Positions 48,066 to 58,004 are shown, counted from the first letter of the stretch. The stretch: 64,000 bases of DNA from an uncultured Candidatus Binatia bacterium (GCA_965214605.1 OZ243961.1:2752001-2816000), one strand, 5' to 3'. Numbers and translations are program-made. Notes: generated by a model from the sequence alone, not told the origin.

Positions 48066-50501
48066 TTAGACTTCACAGTTCTTGGTCACGAAATCCTGGA
48101 TCTGTTTTTTGAGCTGCGGGTCTCCTAGTCGGTTCAGCATGGCTCGGATCCCACGGGCGGTCCGACAGCCGGCCTGCGCGTTGCCAAGCGAGACGTTCAG
48201 AACGGCGGCCTCGTACGAGCCGCGAAACCAGATGGGATCCCCGGCCTGTGAGTCTTGGAGCATTTCCTCCCAGTAGGCCAGCGCTTGTTTCTTATTGCCG
48301 TTGACTTCGGCGATACGGGCTAAGCCGGCCAGGGAGACCAGGGAATAGGCTCCATCCTGGAGGTCGGCGTACAGGGTGGCCGCCTGGTCGTAATCTCTGA
48401 CATCCAGATACAGCTGGGCTAGCTCATATTTGAATTTGTCTTGGGATTCGTCGGCGGCAAAGTCGTTGCGGGCAATTTTATCGCTGTACAGGCGGGCCAG
48501 GGTCCGTTTGGCGGCCTGAAGATTTTCCGCGTCGTTCCGTTTTGTGAGGGTCCGAATGTCTTGCACTAAGACCTGGTCAAGGGCTGTGAGCAGTTCGAGA
48601 CGTTTGGCGGTGTCATAGTTGGCAAAGATGGCGTCCACGTTCTTTTCCAGCTCAACAAACAACCCGGCCTTCTCCAGCGTAATCAGCCGGACGCGGGCCA
48701 CAGTTTCAAAGGCATCTTTATGGACCGGATACTGTTGCTCGAAATCCTCTAACAGATCGGCGATCTGGGCGGCGTGAGTGTCGGTGTCCTCGCTGAGTAA
48801 GACCGCATGCATAAACTTGACCCGGCCGCGATAGTTCCTGAGATTATCGCGTTTTTTGCCCCTGGGATTCTGCCCCTCAAACGCGGCGCTACTCTCCTCA
48901 AAGGCGACCAGAGCGCCGGCGATCCGTTCTTTGAGGTCGTCGGAGCTGATCCCTAGATCTTTGTCGGGATCTTCTTCCCACTGTTCGTAGATTGAGAAGT
49001 AGCTCTGGAGGGTGGCAAAGTCGGCCCGGAACCGAAATTCGGTATTGCCGCGAACTTTCTGGTACGCATTCACGGCTTCGAGATAATTTTCCTGCCCGTG
49101 GTGATACTCGCCAAGTCGAAAGTGCGCCTCGTGCAAAGCTTTTGACCGGTTCTTGGGATCGCGCCTGATGAGCTCTCTGGCGGCGTCCACATACAGGCGA
49201 CCGTTGGTCTGATTCTGTGACCGGGCAAACAGGGCCTCGGCAGCTTTAAAACGCAGGTAGGAGGCGTTGATCACATTTTTGGACGGCTGGCTCTTTAAGT
49301 AGCTGTCTAGGGCGGTGATCGCCTGGCGTGACCTCCCGATTCTCAGCAGGGCGTCGCCGAGATAATACTGGGCGTCCTGCTTATAGCGCTGGGCGCGCGG
49401 GTCGTCTGATTCCAGGACCGTCCGGAGGACCGGAACGGCCTTAGAGTACTGGCCTTTGCGAATAAAGGTTGCCGCGTTGTTCCACGGCAGATAGGGGTTG
49501 AGGGCGAGCTTTTCGTCTTCGTTGAGCTCTTTGGCTAGCAGGGCATCGACCCTGTTCTTCCACGAGGTGTCGGCATTTTGAGATTCTTTGACCCCCAACG
49601 CCAGACCGATTGCCCGTTCCCGGGTCTCTTTGCGCTGTCTGCCCCGTTCTTGCAGGCTGCGCTCAAACAGGCTGGTGGCTTCGACTAGCTGTTGTTCGAG
49701 CAGGTCTTCGGGCGAGGGACCTTGGTTGGGGCGCCTTCCGGTCCTGGCCAAACGGCGGGTCTCTTTGAGGGCGTTGCGGACCTTGGCACGCATGCTAGTG
49801 CTGGTCGCCCGATCTTTCAGCAGCGTCTCAAAGTCTCTGATCGCCCAGTCATACTCGCCAAACTCACGCTCGCTCAGAGCACGTCCAAACAGGGCTTCAC
49901 GTTTGACGCTCGACGCCGGCCCGGAGGCGAACTCGGTGAAGCCGTTAATCGCCTCTTCGAGCAGTCTGGTTTGCCGTTCGCCCTCATACACAAAGGATCC
50001 GATATAATTGAGCCAGTTCAGAAAATACAACGAGCGGGCGGCCACATCCTGGGCGTCTCTCCACCTCGCCTCTTCATAGAGCGCCTCAAGATCACCGTCG
50101 ACAGCCATGATCTCTTGCATCCAGCGCTCCATAGCGTCGGTGTTGGCCTTGTAGATATCTTGCAGGGGCGCACTCAGGTCGGTGTAAATCTGCCGTACGG
50201 TCGAACGGTTGGTCTTGACTGCGGTGGCGAGATCGGAGGCCGCGACAAACTCCATGGCCAGCGGCCCAATGGCCGCGATGGCGTCGAGCTGGCCGTTCTT
50301 GCCGTTGTTCTTCAGCGTATTGGCGCGGCTTTTTGCCTGGGCGCTCCGGGACGACAAGTCCGAGATTGTCGCCGCGCTACTTGAACGAGGGGCTGTAAGG
50401 CCGAACACCCAGGTCAACAGGACACACACAACAACGTGAATACGGAACGCGGAACGTCTTTGAGGCCCACGCTTCATCGTTCTGATTGCTGCACTCATCA
50501 T
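48066..50501 (-). CDS. Exported TPR-repeat protein (811 aa)
   Basis: Signal-peptide-like N-terminus; TPR-like units (AQYYLGDALL, AHFRLGEYH, KYELAQLY). Confidence 0.75.
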   Translation of the reverse strand: MMSAAIRTMKRGPQRRSAFRIHVVVCVLLTWVFGLTAPRSSSAATISDLSSRSAQAKSRANTLKNNGKNGQLDAIAAIGPLAMEFVAASDLATAVKTNRSTVRQIYTDLSAPLQDIYKANTDAMERWMQEIMAVDGDLEALYEEARWRDAQDVAARSLYFLNWLNYIGSFVYEGERQTRLLEEAINGFTEFASGPASSVKREALFGRALSEREFGEYDWAIRDFETLLKDRATSTSMRAKVRNALKETRRLARTGRRPNQGPSPEDLLEQQLVEATSLFERSLQERGRQRKETRERAIGLALGVKESQNADTSWKNRVDALLAKELNEDEKLALNPYLPWNNAATFIRKGQYSKAVPVLRTVLESDDPRAQRYKQDAQYYLGDALLRIGRSRQAITALDSYLKSQPSKNVINASYLRFKAAEALFARSQNQTNGRLYVDAARELIRRDPKNRSKALHEAHFRLGEYHHGQENYLEAVNAYQKVRGNTEFRFRADFATLQSYFSIYEQWEEDPDKDLGISSDDLKERIAGALVAFEESSAAFEGQNPRGKKRDNLRNYRGRVKFMHAVLLSEDTDTHAAQIADLLEDFEQQYPVHKDAFETVARVRLITLEKAGLFVELEKNVDAIFANYDTAKRLELLTALDQVLVQDIRTLTKRNDAENLQAAKRTLARLYSDKIARNDFAADESQDKFKYELAQLYLDVRDYDQAATLYADLQDGAYSLVSLAGLARIAEVNGNKKQALAYWEEMLQDSQAGDPIWFRGSYEAAVLNVSLGNAQAGCRTARGIRAMLNRLGDPQLKKQIQDFVTKNCEV

Positions 50502-50522
50502 GTGGGTTTACTCCTCATTCAA

Positions 50523-51758
50523 CTAGCTCAGGTCTCGCAGGAAGCGTTCCATTTCCGTTTCAAACCGACTGCCAAAGGTCAGGACGAGGATCTGCCTGGT
50601 CAGCTGTCTCTCGTCGGTCAGCGGAATGAACTCTCCCCCTCCGGCTTTGGCGATTGAGGCCATGGTGTCCCGGAACTCCTGATAAAAATCGGGCAAGGGG
50701 GATGGGCTAAAGGCGACGTTTGTCAGATGGGCGGTCTGTTTCCACAAGGCTCGCTCAAAGTCTTCATGCATCTTGTCGGCCAGGTCCATGGCGCTCACAT
50801 AGCCGCCCCCGGCCCGGAAGCTCTGGGCGAGATTGAGAATACTGCTGACTGATTCGGGGTGCGGAGAAGAGCCCGACACCACGACCACAATCCGCCGCGA
50901 GTTCTTGCGCCAGCTGAAATCGTGAATCGCCACATCAACGCCCTCGTACACCGCTTCGGGCCAGTCGCCCCCGCCACCGGCTTCGAGGGTGTCGAGAAAG
51001 CTCTGCAGCTTCGAGGTGTTGAAGCTGAAATCGACCCAGCGGGTGACGAACTCTTCGCCCCGATCACGATAGGCCACAATGCCAACTCGGGTGGTATCGA
51101 CCATGTTTTGGAGCGCTTCGATCATGTTGCTGAGGCGCTCTCGGACCGACTCAATCACAAACTGCATGCTGTCGGTCGCGTCCACGACAAGAGCGACGTC
51201 AATCCCGACCCGACGGAGACCACCGACGCGGTCGCCGATGTCACCGCCGACCACACCGTTGAGCGATCCGCTCAGATTGGTGATCTGGGTAGTCAGCCCT
51301 TTGAGATCATCAGAGGTACGACCTACCTGAATCGTGACCGGACTGAAGGCGTTACTCACAATCGGCAAGGCGGTCGGCTTGATGGCCGCGACACGGCCAG
51401 CCAACGGCGGGGGGCCCTCCGACCACTTCTTAACCTTCTTATGCGGCAGCATATCCATTGATAAGGCCCCGGGTAGGTCTCGCAGAGACGGCTCACCCTC
51501 CCAGTCGTCCGGATTTTGTTCGTCGACCTGCGCCGCCGGGTCTTGCGCCGCCGGTAGGGCAGCCACTTTTATGAGCTTGCGGTCGTTGTTGATTACGGTC
51601 ACGGCGGTGGTGGCAAACACCGACAGCAGCAGTAGATGGGCGACGGTGGAGACGGCAAACCAGCGCGCGTTCTTGCCGAACCGGCCTCTGGAAAGCCACA
51701 GGTCTTCTTGGATGTCGGTGACACCGGGCTGGATGTGTTCTTTTTCAGCAGAAGCCAT
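50523..51758 (-). CDS. Membrane-anchored vWA protein with TonB/TolA-like SxxxH helix
   Basis: TM WFAVSTVAHLLLL; low-complexity linker; vWA VVDATDSM, GIVAYRD, GGGDWPEA. Confidence 0.8.
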   Translation of the reverse strand: MASAEKEHIQPGVTDIQEDLWLSRGRFGKNARWFAVSTVAHLLLLSVFATTAVTVINNDRKLIKVAALPAAQDPAAQVDEQNPDDWEGEPSLRDLPGALSMDMLPHKKVKKWSEGPPPLAGRVAAIKPTALPIVSNAFSPVTIQVGRTSDDLKGLTTQITNLSGSLNGVVGGDIGDRVGGLRRVGIDVALVVDATDSMQFVIESVRERLSNMIEALQNMVDTTRVGIVAYRDRGEEFVTRWVDFSFNTSKLQSFLDTLEAGGGGDWPEAVYEGVDVAIHDFSWRKNSRRIVVVVSGSSPHPESVSSILNLAQSFRAGGGYVSAMDLADKMHEDFERALWKQTAHLTNVAFSPSPLPDFYQEFRDTMASIAKAGGGEFIPLTDERQLTRQILVLTFGSRFETEMERFLRDLS

Positions 51759-51809
51759 AGGAGTACTCCTCCTCTTCCGGCTCCTCTCAGAGCCGAAGAG
51801 CGTGCGGTC

Positions 51810-52229
51810 TTAGCCCGCCCCCTGCTGGGCGGCGATGGCAATCTGGTTCGCACCGGCCCGCTGGGCAGCCGATAGAATTTTGACGGCCTCGCCCAGAATG
51901 ACCGATTGGTCGCCCTCAAGGACGACCGGGACATCCTGCATCGTCTCGATAATGGGCCGCAGATACAGTTCTAATTCTGCCAGAGCGACCGGCTGATTAT
52001 TGACAAAAATTTCTTTCTGGGGCGTTACCGTGACAATGATCTGGCGCGGTTCGGACTCGGTTTCTTGGACTCGTGGCAGATCAATTGTGGCGCCCGACTG
52101 GACCATCGCCACACTGGTCACCATAAAGATGATCAGCAGGACGAGGAAGATATCGGTCAGGGGGGTGATGTTGATCTCGGACATGACCTCATCACGTCCG
52201 CCCCTTTTCTTCGGACCGTTCATTGCCAT
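51810..52229 (-). CDS. ExbD/TolR family protein
   Basis: SEINITPLTDIFLVLLIIFMV. Confidence 0.92.
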   Translation of the reverse strand: MAMNGPKKRGGRDEVMSEINITPLTDIFLVLLIIFMVTSVAMVQSGATIDLPRVQETESEPRQIIVTVTPQKEIFVNNQPVALAELELYLRPIIETMQDVPVVLEGDQSVILGEAVKILSAAQRAGANQIAIAAQQGAG

Positions 52230-52244
52230 GTCTGTGTCTCCTTC

Positions 52245-52895
52245 CTAAGCGGCGGACTGGACCGCTTCTTTTCTGCTGGTGCGGATCGCGTCGATAATGC
52301 GATCCGCACCAATCGTCATGGCGGTATCAATACGTTCCAGCTTGGTATTGAAATAATTGTAGAAGATAACCGCAATAATGGCGACCGCTAAGCCCAGCGC
52401 CGTGGCCACCAGGGCCTCAGAAATACCGCCGGCCACAATGGCAAATCCGCCGCTGCCCTCGACCGCCATGTTTTGGAAAGATTTGATGATCCCGACGACC
52501 GTGCCCAGCAGGCCAATAAACGGTGCACTCACACCGGTGGTGGCCAGAATCCAGATTGCGCCCTTGAGCCCCTCGGTCTCTTCAAGGCGGCGCTCTTCGG
52601 CCAGGCTGGACAACTGCTCGGTGGATTCGTCCTGCTGGCGAGAGATAATCTCGCCGAACACCCGACCGGCCGGCTCTTTGCTCTGCCCCTGGCTGGTCTC
52701 TAAGGCGGCATTAAAATCACCCTGCTGCAAGGGAGTGACCAGGTCTCTGGCCAGATGTAAGGTTTTCGTCATAATCCCTCTCAGGGTCCATAGCCGCTCC
52801 AGAATGATGGTGATACACACCACCGACATGATGATAAGCGGGTAGCTGACATACCAGCCCTGGTGAATCATATCCATTACGCTTAAGCCTTCCAC
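52245..52895 (-). CDS. MotA/TolQ/ExbB proton channel protein
   Basis: APFIGLLGTVVGII, GISEALVATALGL; GTG 52895 with AAGGAGG. Confidence 0.9.
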   Translation of the reverse strand: MEGLSVMDMIHQGWYVSYPLIIMSVVCITIILERLWTLRGIMTKTLHLARDLVTPLQQGDFNAALETSQGQSKEPAGRVFGEIISRQQDESTEQLSSLAEERRLEETEGLKGAIWILATTGVSAPFIGLLGTVVGIIKSFQNMAVEGSGGFAIVAGGISEALVATALGLAVAIIAVIFYNYFNTKLERIDTAMTIGADRIIDAIRTSRKEAVQSAA

Positions 52896-52959
52896 GTTCC
52901 TGTCCTCCTTGTGGTTAAAAACGATGATCTCTAGATGGTTGCCATCGTCCACTTTTGTG

Positions 52960-53565
52960 TTACTGACCCAGATTTTCCTCTTTGGTCGAAGAGGGAGGGG
53001 GCGGTTCTGGACCAACGAAGTTGTCTGGCACGGCGAACTCGTGCAGAAATTGCTCAAGCCAGTCGATCTCGGCCTTGTGGTGGATGAGGCCGTGTTCAAT
53101 AATCTTGGCCTGGGTGGGAGTGACCTTTTTTTGGGCTGTCCAGTAGGTCTGTTGATCGACAATCCAAGCCAACCGTTTTTGGGCCCATTTCAGATGTTTG
53201 TTCAGGGCAGCGCGCAGTTCGTCGGGCTTGATGAAATGCCCAAAGGCTAAGGCCGCGTTAAGGGGATCAAACACCTTCTCTCGGCTCTTGGTGTCAAATA
53301 ACAGGCGACGCAGCTCGGTCTGCAGATACCCACGACCGGCCGAGGTGATCTGGTAAATCTGCCGCATCGGATAGCGCCCTTTCTGTTCGGCCCAGGCTTT
53401 CTCCACATATCCGGAACGTTCGAGCTGGCCGAGGTTGTAGTACAGCGATCCCCCGCTGAGATTGATATACGTTGCGTATAGCCGCCGTTCGACCTCCTGA
53501 CGCAGCTCGTAGCCGTGATACGGTTGCTCGGACAGAAGACCAAGAATGACGAGTTGAACGCTCAC
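52960..53565 (-). CDS. PadR-family transcriptional regulator
   Basis: ILGLL, HGYEL, GSLYYNL, YQITSAG; long C-terminal helical domain. Confidence 0.9.
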   Translation of the reverse strand: MSVQLVILGLLSEQPYHGYELRQEVERRLYATYINLSGGSLYYNLGQLERSGYVEKAWAEQKGRYPMRQIYQITSAGRGYLQTELRRLLFDTKSREKVFDPLNAALAFGHFIKPDELRAALNKHLKWAQKRLAWIVDQQTYWTAQKKVTPTQAKIIEHGLIHHKAEIDWLEQFLHEFAVPDNFVGPEPPPPSSTKEENLGQ

Positions 53566-53583
53566 AAAATATCCTTCCTAAAA

Positions 53584-53778
53584 TAGTTCACGTGGACTAA
53601 TTGCATAAAGGGCTGATAAACACAATATCAAGAGCCAATATCCAAGAAACGAGCGGCGGCCTGTATTAAGCGGCTGAGCTACGTCCGGTAGACGCAATTG
53701 AATCGGCTTTGTGCCGGGGTTTACTCTCCTCAGAGTAGTTTGCACGGACTACATAAGCGAGATTCAAAATTTTGTCAA
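53584..53778 (-). promoter_or_regulatory. Promoter with two TAGT-N8-ACTA inverted repeats (putative PadR operators)
   Basis: TAGTtcacgtggACTA 53584-53599; TAGTttgcacggACTA 53736-53751; TTGACA (53778-53773), 17 nt, TATGTA. Confidence 0.6.
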
Positions 53779-53827
53779 GAAAAATTTCGAAGAAAAACGC
53801 TCGGCTCCCTGTCTTCGTTATGGAGAA

Positions 53828-54529
53828 TTACGTCACATGATCTTTCTCAATCACCCCCCGCTCGTGGAGTAAGTTGAGAATAATATCAAGGCTATGGTCC
53901 CACAGCTTGACCTTGAGCTGGTCGTACAAGGTGAAGTTGGCCAGCCGTAACATGGGTCGTTTATCGACAAAGTCGATGACATTGATGCAGCCAAAGTCCT
54001 GCTCAATATTAAACACACGGCCGTCGGTGAGACCCAGAACGGAGGCCAGCAGGGCGTTATTGCTCCCACCGTGGGCAACGACGAGCAGCGTCCGCCAGTC
54101 GGCTTGGGCCAGGATTGTCTCCAGAAACCGTTCCCCGCGTTCTCGGACCTGGCGGAAACTCTCGCCGCCCAGATAGGGCTCGTCCCAGCCGGTGGCCGGA
54201 CTGGTAAAGAACCGCTGGACGGAGCGGAAAATATCGGTCAGGTTCTGCGTGGCGGTCAATTCATCACTCGGGGTGATCTCTGTCAGGTTTGGGTCGAGGT
54301 GGACCTTGAGGCCCGTCTCGTCGGCAATAATCCTGGCAGTTTCGTGGGCGCGTGACAGCGGGCTGGAATAGATGCGGTCAAGACGGACAGCGTGAAACAG
54401 AAGGGCCGCGGTAGCGATTTGTTCTCGGCCGCGCTCGGTCAGGGCTCCGTTGCCGATCGCTCCCTCGTTGGCGGTCCGCTGATACAAGGTTTCTCCGTGG
54501 CGCATGAGATAGATCCGGCGGCGCTCCAT
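53828..54529 (-). CDS. Histidine phosphatase family protein
   Basis: MRHGET, SSPLSRAHETA, GES, VAHGG. Confidence 0.88.
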   Translation of the reverse strand: MERRRIYLMRHGETLYQRTANEGAIGNGALTERGREQIATAALLFHAVRLDRIYSSPLSRAHETARIIADETGLKVHLDPNLTEITPSDELTATQNLTDIFRSVQRFFTSPATGWDEPYLGGESFRQVRERGERFLETILAQADWRTLLVVAHGGSNNALLASVLGLTDGRVFNIEQDFGCINVIDFVDKRPMLRLANFTLYDQLKVKLWDHSLDIILNLLHERGVIEKDHVT

Positions 54530-54554
54530 GGTGGTCTCCCTTTGCACCGGAGTG

Positions 54555-56075
54555 CTAATAGGCCTTGGCAAAAATGATCCGGCGACGGCTCGGCTGGCCG
54601 CTCAGCACACACGTGCCTTCTTCTTCTGGAGCGTTGAGCGGAATACACCGAATCGTGACGTTCAGATCATTTTTGATCGTCTCTTCAACCTCCGGCTGGC
54701 CACTCCAGTGGCTGAGAGCAAAGCCGGCGTGAATCTCCGGTTTGTCAGGCTTGTGAGGGGTGAAGAAATCGTACAGGTCGGCCTTTGAGTCAATGCGGTG
54801 CGTATGTTGATCCCGAAAGCTGCGGGCTCGGTCGAGCAGAGTGTGCTGGATGTCGTCGAGTTGGGTACTGAGCGTTGCGACGAACTCGGTCCGCGACTGG
54901 CTGAAGCGCTCTGAGTGCTGTCGGTCGCGGCGACCGACAAAGACCGCGTCGTTTTCAAGTTCACGCTGGCCGACCTCAAGACGGATGGGCACGCCTTTTT
55001 TAATCCACGACCAGACCTTTTCTCCACCCGAGGCGTCCCGCACATCAAGTTCGACCTGCAGAGGCTGGTCATCGTAGCGCAGGCTCCGCAGCTCTTGGGC
55101 CAACCGCTCGCAGTAGGCTGAAATCTTGGCCCGATTACCCTTGCGCAGCAGGGGCAAAATAACGACCTGACGAGGAGCGAGTTTGGGGGGCAGGACGAGG
55201 CCGTTATCGTCACTATGGGTCATGATTAAACCACCGATGAGGCGGGTCGACACTCCCCATGAGGTCGTCCAGGCGTAGGCTTGCTGGCCGCTGGTATCAG
55301 CGAACCGAATCTCGGACGACCGGGCAAAATTCTGTCCTAAAAAGTGTGAGGTGCCGGCCTGGAGCGCCTTGCGGTCCTGCATCATGGCTTCGATAGAATA
55401 GGTCGATACCGCACCGGGGAAGCGCTCGCTCTGGGTCTTTTCGCCTTTAATCACCGGAATCGCCATGTAACGCTCGGCAAAATCGGTGTACACGTCGAGC
55501 ATGCGGATGGTCTCTTGTTGGGCTTCTTCGGCGGTGGCGTGAACCGTATGACCCTCCTGCCAGAGGAATTCAGCGGTGCGCAGAAAAATACGCGGCCGCA
55601 TTTCCCAACGCACGACGTTGGCCCACTGATTGATCAGCAGCGGCAGGTCGCGGTAGGATTGGACCCACTTGGCAAATGTCGCCCCAATAATGGTTTCGGA
55701 GGTGGGGCGGACCACTAAGGGTTCGGTCAGTTCTCCGGACGGAACGAGCTGGCCGTCCGGTCCGGCCTCCAGCCGATGGTGGGTGACCACGGCACATTCT
55801 TTGGCAAAGCCTTCGACGTGTTCGGCCTCTTTTTGCATAAAGCTGAGCGGAATAAAGAGTGGGAAATAGGCGTTTTGATGGCCGGTGGCCTTGAACATGG
55901 CGTCTAAGACCCGCTGGATGTTCTCCCACAGGCTATAGCCCCAGGGCTTGATGACCATGCAGCCCCGGACCGCTGAGGTTTCGGCTAGATCAGCGGCCCG
56001 GATGATCTGTTGGTACCACTCGGTGTAGTCTTCTTCTCGGGTGGGAGAAATCGCCGTCTTCAGGGCTCGTTTCAT
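54555..56075 (-). CDS. proS: Proline-tRNA ligase (archaeal/eukaryote-like type)
   Basis: RPTSET, QWANVVRWE, FLWQEGHT, SWGVSTR, C-terminal FAKAY. Confidence 0.95.
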   Translation of the reverse strand: MKRALKTAISPTREEDYTEWYQQIIRAADLAETSAVRGCMVIKPWGYSLWENIQRVLDAMFKATGHQNAYFPLFIPLSFMQKEAEHVEGFAKECAVVTHHRLEAGPDGQLVPSGELTEPLVVRPTSETIIGATFAKWVQSYRDLPLLINQWANVVRWEMRPRIFLRTAEFLWQEGHTVHATAEEAQQETIRMLDVYTDFAERYMAIPVIKGEKTQSERFPGAVSTYSIEAMMQDRKALQAGTSHFLGQNFARSSEIRFADTSGQQAYAWTTSWGVSTRLIGGLIMTHSDDNGLVLPPKLAPRQVVILPLLRKGNRAKISAYCERLAQELRSLRYDDQPLQVELDVRDASGGEKVWSWIKKGVPIRLEVGQRELENDAVFVGRRDRQHSERFSQSRTEFVATLSTQLDDIQHTLLDRARSFRDQHTHRIDSKADLYDFFTPHKPDKPEIHAGFALSHWSGQPEVEETIKNDLNVTIRCIPLNAPEEEGTCVLSGQPSRRRIIFAKAY

Positions 56076-56782
56076 GCCGCTCCTCCGTGTCTGTCCACGC
56101 GGTCGCTGAGCAGAGTCTCTGCCAAGCGTAGGTCGTCTGGAGTGGTGATCTTAAAATTGCGCCGCTCTCCGGGCACAATCTGGACTCTGCCACCAAATTT
56201 TTCGATAAGTGCCGCGTCATCGGTGACGCGAATCGCTTTGGCTAGGGCACGCTGGTGGGCCTCTCTGATGAGTTCGACACGGAAGGTCTGGGGAGTCTGC
56301 GCCAGCCAGACCTCTTGGCGCGGCAGCGTCTCGACAACGGTCCGGTTGGAATCACTCCGTTTGAGCGTGTCGGCCGCTGGCACCGCAACGAGCGCTGCCC
56401 CGGCCTGGCTGGCAACCCGAATGCTGTTGGCGATGATGGTTGGGCTGATAAATGGACGGGCGGCGTCGTGAATCACCACGATCTCACACCCCGAATCAAG
56501 CGCGGTGAGGCCAAGACGGACCGAGTCCTGGCGTTGGGGGCCACCGTGTGACAGGCGTATGGCACGCCGAAACGGTCCGTGGGCTTGGAGCAACTCACGA
56601 CACAGGTTTTCGCGTTCAGGCGCAATGACCACAACAAGGGTGGACAGCAGAGGGGAGTGGTCGAGGCTACGCAGCGTGTGTATGAGGAGGGGAACGCCAC
56701 ACACTGGCAGAAATGGCTTAGGGACACGCGTTCCCAAGCGTTCGCCCTTGCCGGCTGCAACAATAACTGCGTTCACGTGCAT
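56072..56782 (-). CDS. ispD: 2-C-methyl-D-erythritol 4-phosphate cytidylyltransferase
   Basis: AAGKGER, RQDSV, IHDAARP, QTPQ, TDDA, KITT. Confidence 0.95.
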   Translation of the reverse strand: MHVNAVIVAAGKGERLGTRVPKPFLPVCGVPLLIHTLRSLDHSPLLSTLVVVIAPERENLCRELLQAHGPFRRAIRLSHGGPQRQDSVRLGLTALDSGCEIVVIHDAARPFISPTIIANSIRVASQAGAALVAVPAADTLKRSDSNRTVVETLPRQEVWLAQTPQTFRVELIREAHQRALAKAIRVTDDAALIEKFGGRVQIVPGERRNFKITTPDDLRLAETLLSDRVDRHGGAA

Positions 56783-56851
56783 AGGAAAAACAAAGGCCGG
56801 GAATACCCCAGCCTCTGCCATTGAGATTGAAACCAGACTAACCTTGCCGAC

Positions 56852-57334
56852 TTAATGGGCGAAAATGGTTTTCAGGTCATCGATAATTTTCTCTTCGGTA
56901 TGTGCACTGGCTATGGAGAGCTCTTTGACGAGCAGGTTGCGGGCCGTGTCGAGCATTTTCCGCTCCCCAAACGACAGCTCTTTGTCGGCTTTAAGTACAA
57001 ACAGATCGCGCAGCACTTTGGCAATTTCTAACACCGAGCCGGTTTTGATCATTTCGGTATACTCTCGGTGCCGCCGGTTCCAGGTCTGTTGATCGACTTC
57101 AATTTTTTTTGTGCGCAGGATGCGATAGACTTTTCTGACCATTTCTTTGCTGATGACCGGCCGTAGTCCTGCCGCTGCAACGTTGGTGGTCGGGATCATG
57201 ATAGTCATCTCGCTCTCTAGAATCCGCAACACATAGAACTTCTGCTCATGGCCAGATATGCTCTTCGCCTGCATCCCCTCAATCACCCCTACACCGTGGC
57301 CAGGATAGACGACCTTCTCCCCAATCTTGAACAT
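56852..57334 (-). CDS. carD: CarD/CdnL RNA polymerase-binding regulator
   Basis: VVYPGHGVG, WNRR, LSFGERKML. Confidence 0.9.
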   Translation of the reverse strand: MFKIGEKVVYPGHGVGVIEGMQAKSISGHEQKFYVLRILESEMTIMIPTTNVAAAGLRPVISKEMVRKVYRILRTKKIEVDQQTWNRRHREYTEMIKTGSVLEIAKVLRDLFVLKADKELSFGERKMLDTARNLLVKELSIASAHTEEKIIDDLKTIFAH

Positions 57335-57425
57335 CGGCTTCCCTCCTAGCGGCATTCAGGACCGGAGAATGGTAGCGGATTCGGCCGCTGGCGTCAAATT
57401 CCTAACTATTCGAAAACAGACAACT

Positions 57426-58004
57426 TTATTCATCTGCCAGTAGTAGAATTTCGACCGCGCGTCCGTGCCCAACTTGGGATCCGACCCACCTAGCAAGGCG
57501 GGCCCTCAGGTACTTACTGCGGAACATGTCGTGGATTCGTTCCGTTTCTGTTGGATCGTCTATGAATCGGGCCCTGCCAGAAAAATGAAAATCGCCAATC
57601 CTCAAGCCTATTCGATTATTTTTCTTGAGGTTTTGATACCAAGCGGTCTTGCCGTTGTTGCCGGCCTGGATATAGAAGCGGGAGGGGTCGTGCTCATAAA
57701 TAAACCAGACGAGGACGCTGCGCAGCTTGCCGCTTTTTCGGCCTATCGTCATAATTTCGACAATCGACTCTGCGGCGTGCGCTTCAAGCTCTACCCGGAG
57801 GCGGTCGGCTAGCTGGGCGCGCGCGATTCTCTTGGCCTGAGGGTCAGGGTGCTCCACCCGGACATCCTGAACCGCTTCAGGATTGGCCTGGGTGGGGCCG
57901 GACTCTTGGGCCAAACTGTCTAGCACGGCCCATCCGGCCAAGCTGGGCCCGAGGCTCAAGCTGCAAAATAGCAAAACATAGTGTCGCAGGCCGATTCGCG
58001 TCAT
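57426..58004 (-). CDS. Deazaflavin-dependent nitroreductase-like (split barrel) protein with N-terminal signal/TM
   Basis: TIGRKSGKLR, WYQNLKKN; hydrophobic N-terminus. Confidence 0.65.
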   Translation of the reverse strand: MTRIGLRHYVLLFCSLSLGPSLAGWAVLDSLAQESGPTQANPEAVQDVRVEHPDPQAKRIARAQLADRLRVELEAHAAESIVEIMTIGRKSGKLRSVLVWFIYEHDPSRFYIQAGNNGKTAWYQNLKKNNRIGLRIGDFHFSGRARFIDDPTETERIHDMFRSKYLRARLARWVGSQVGHGRAVEILLLADE

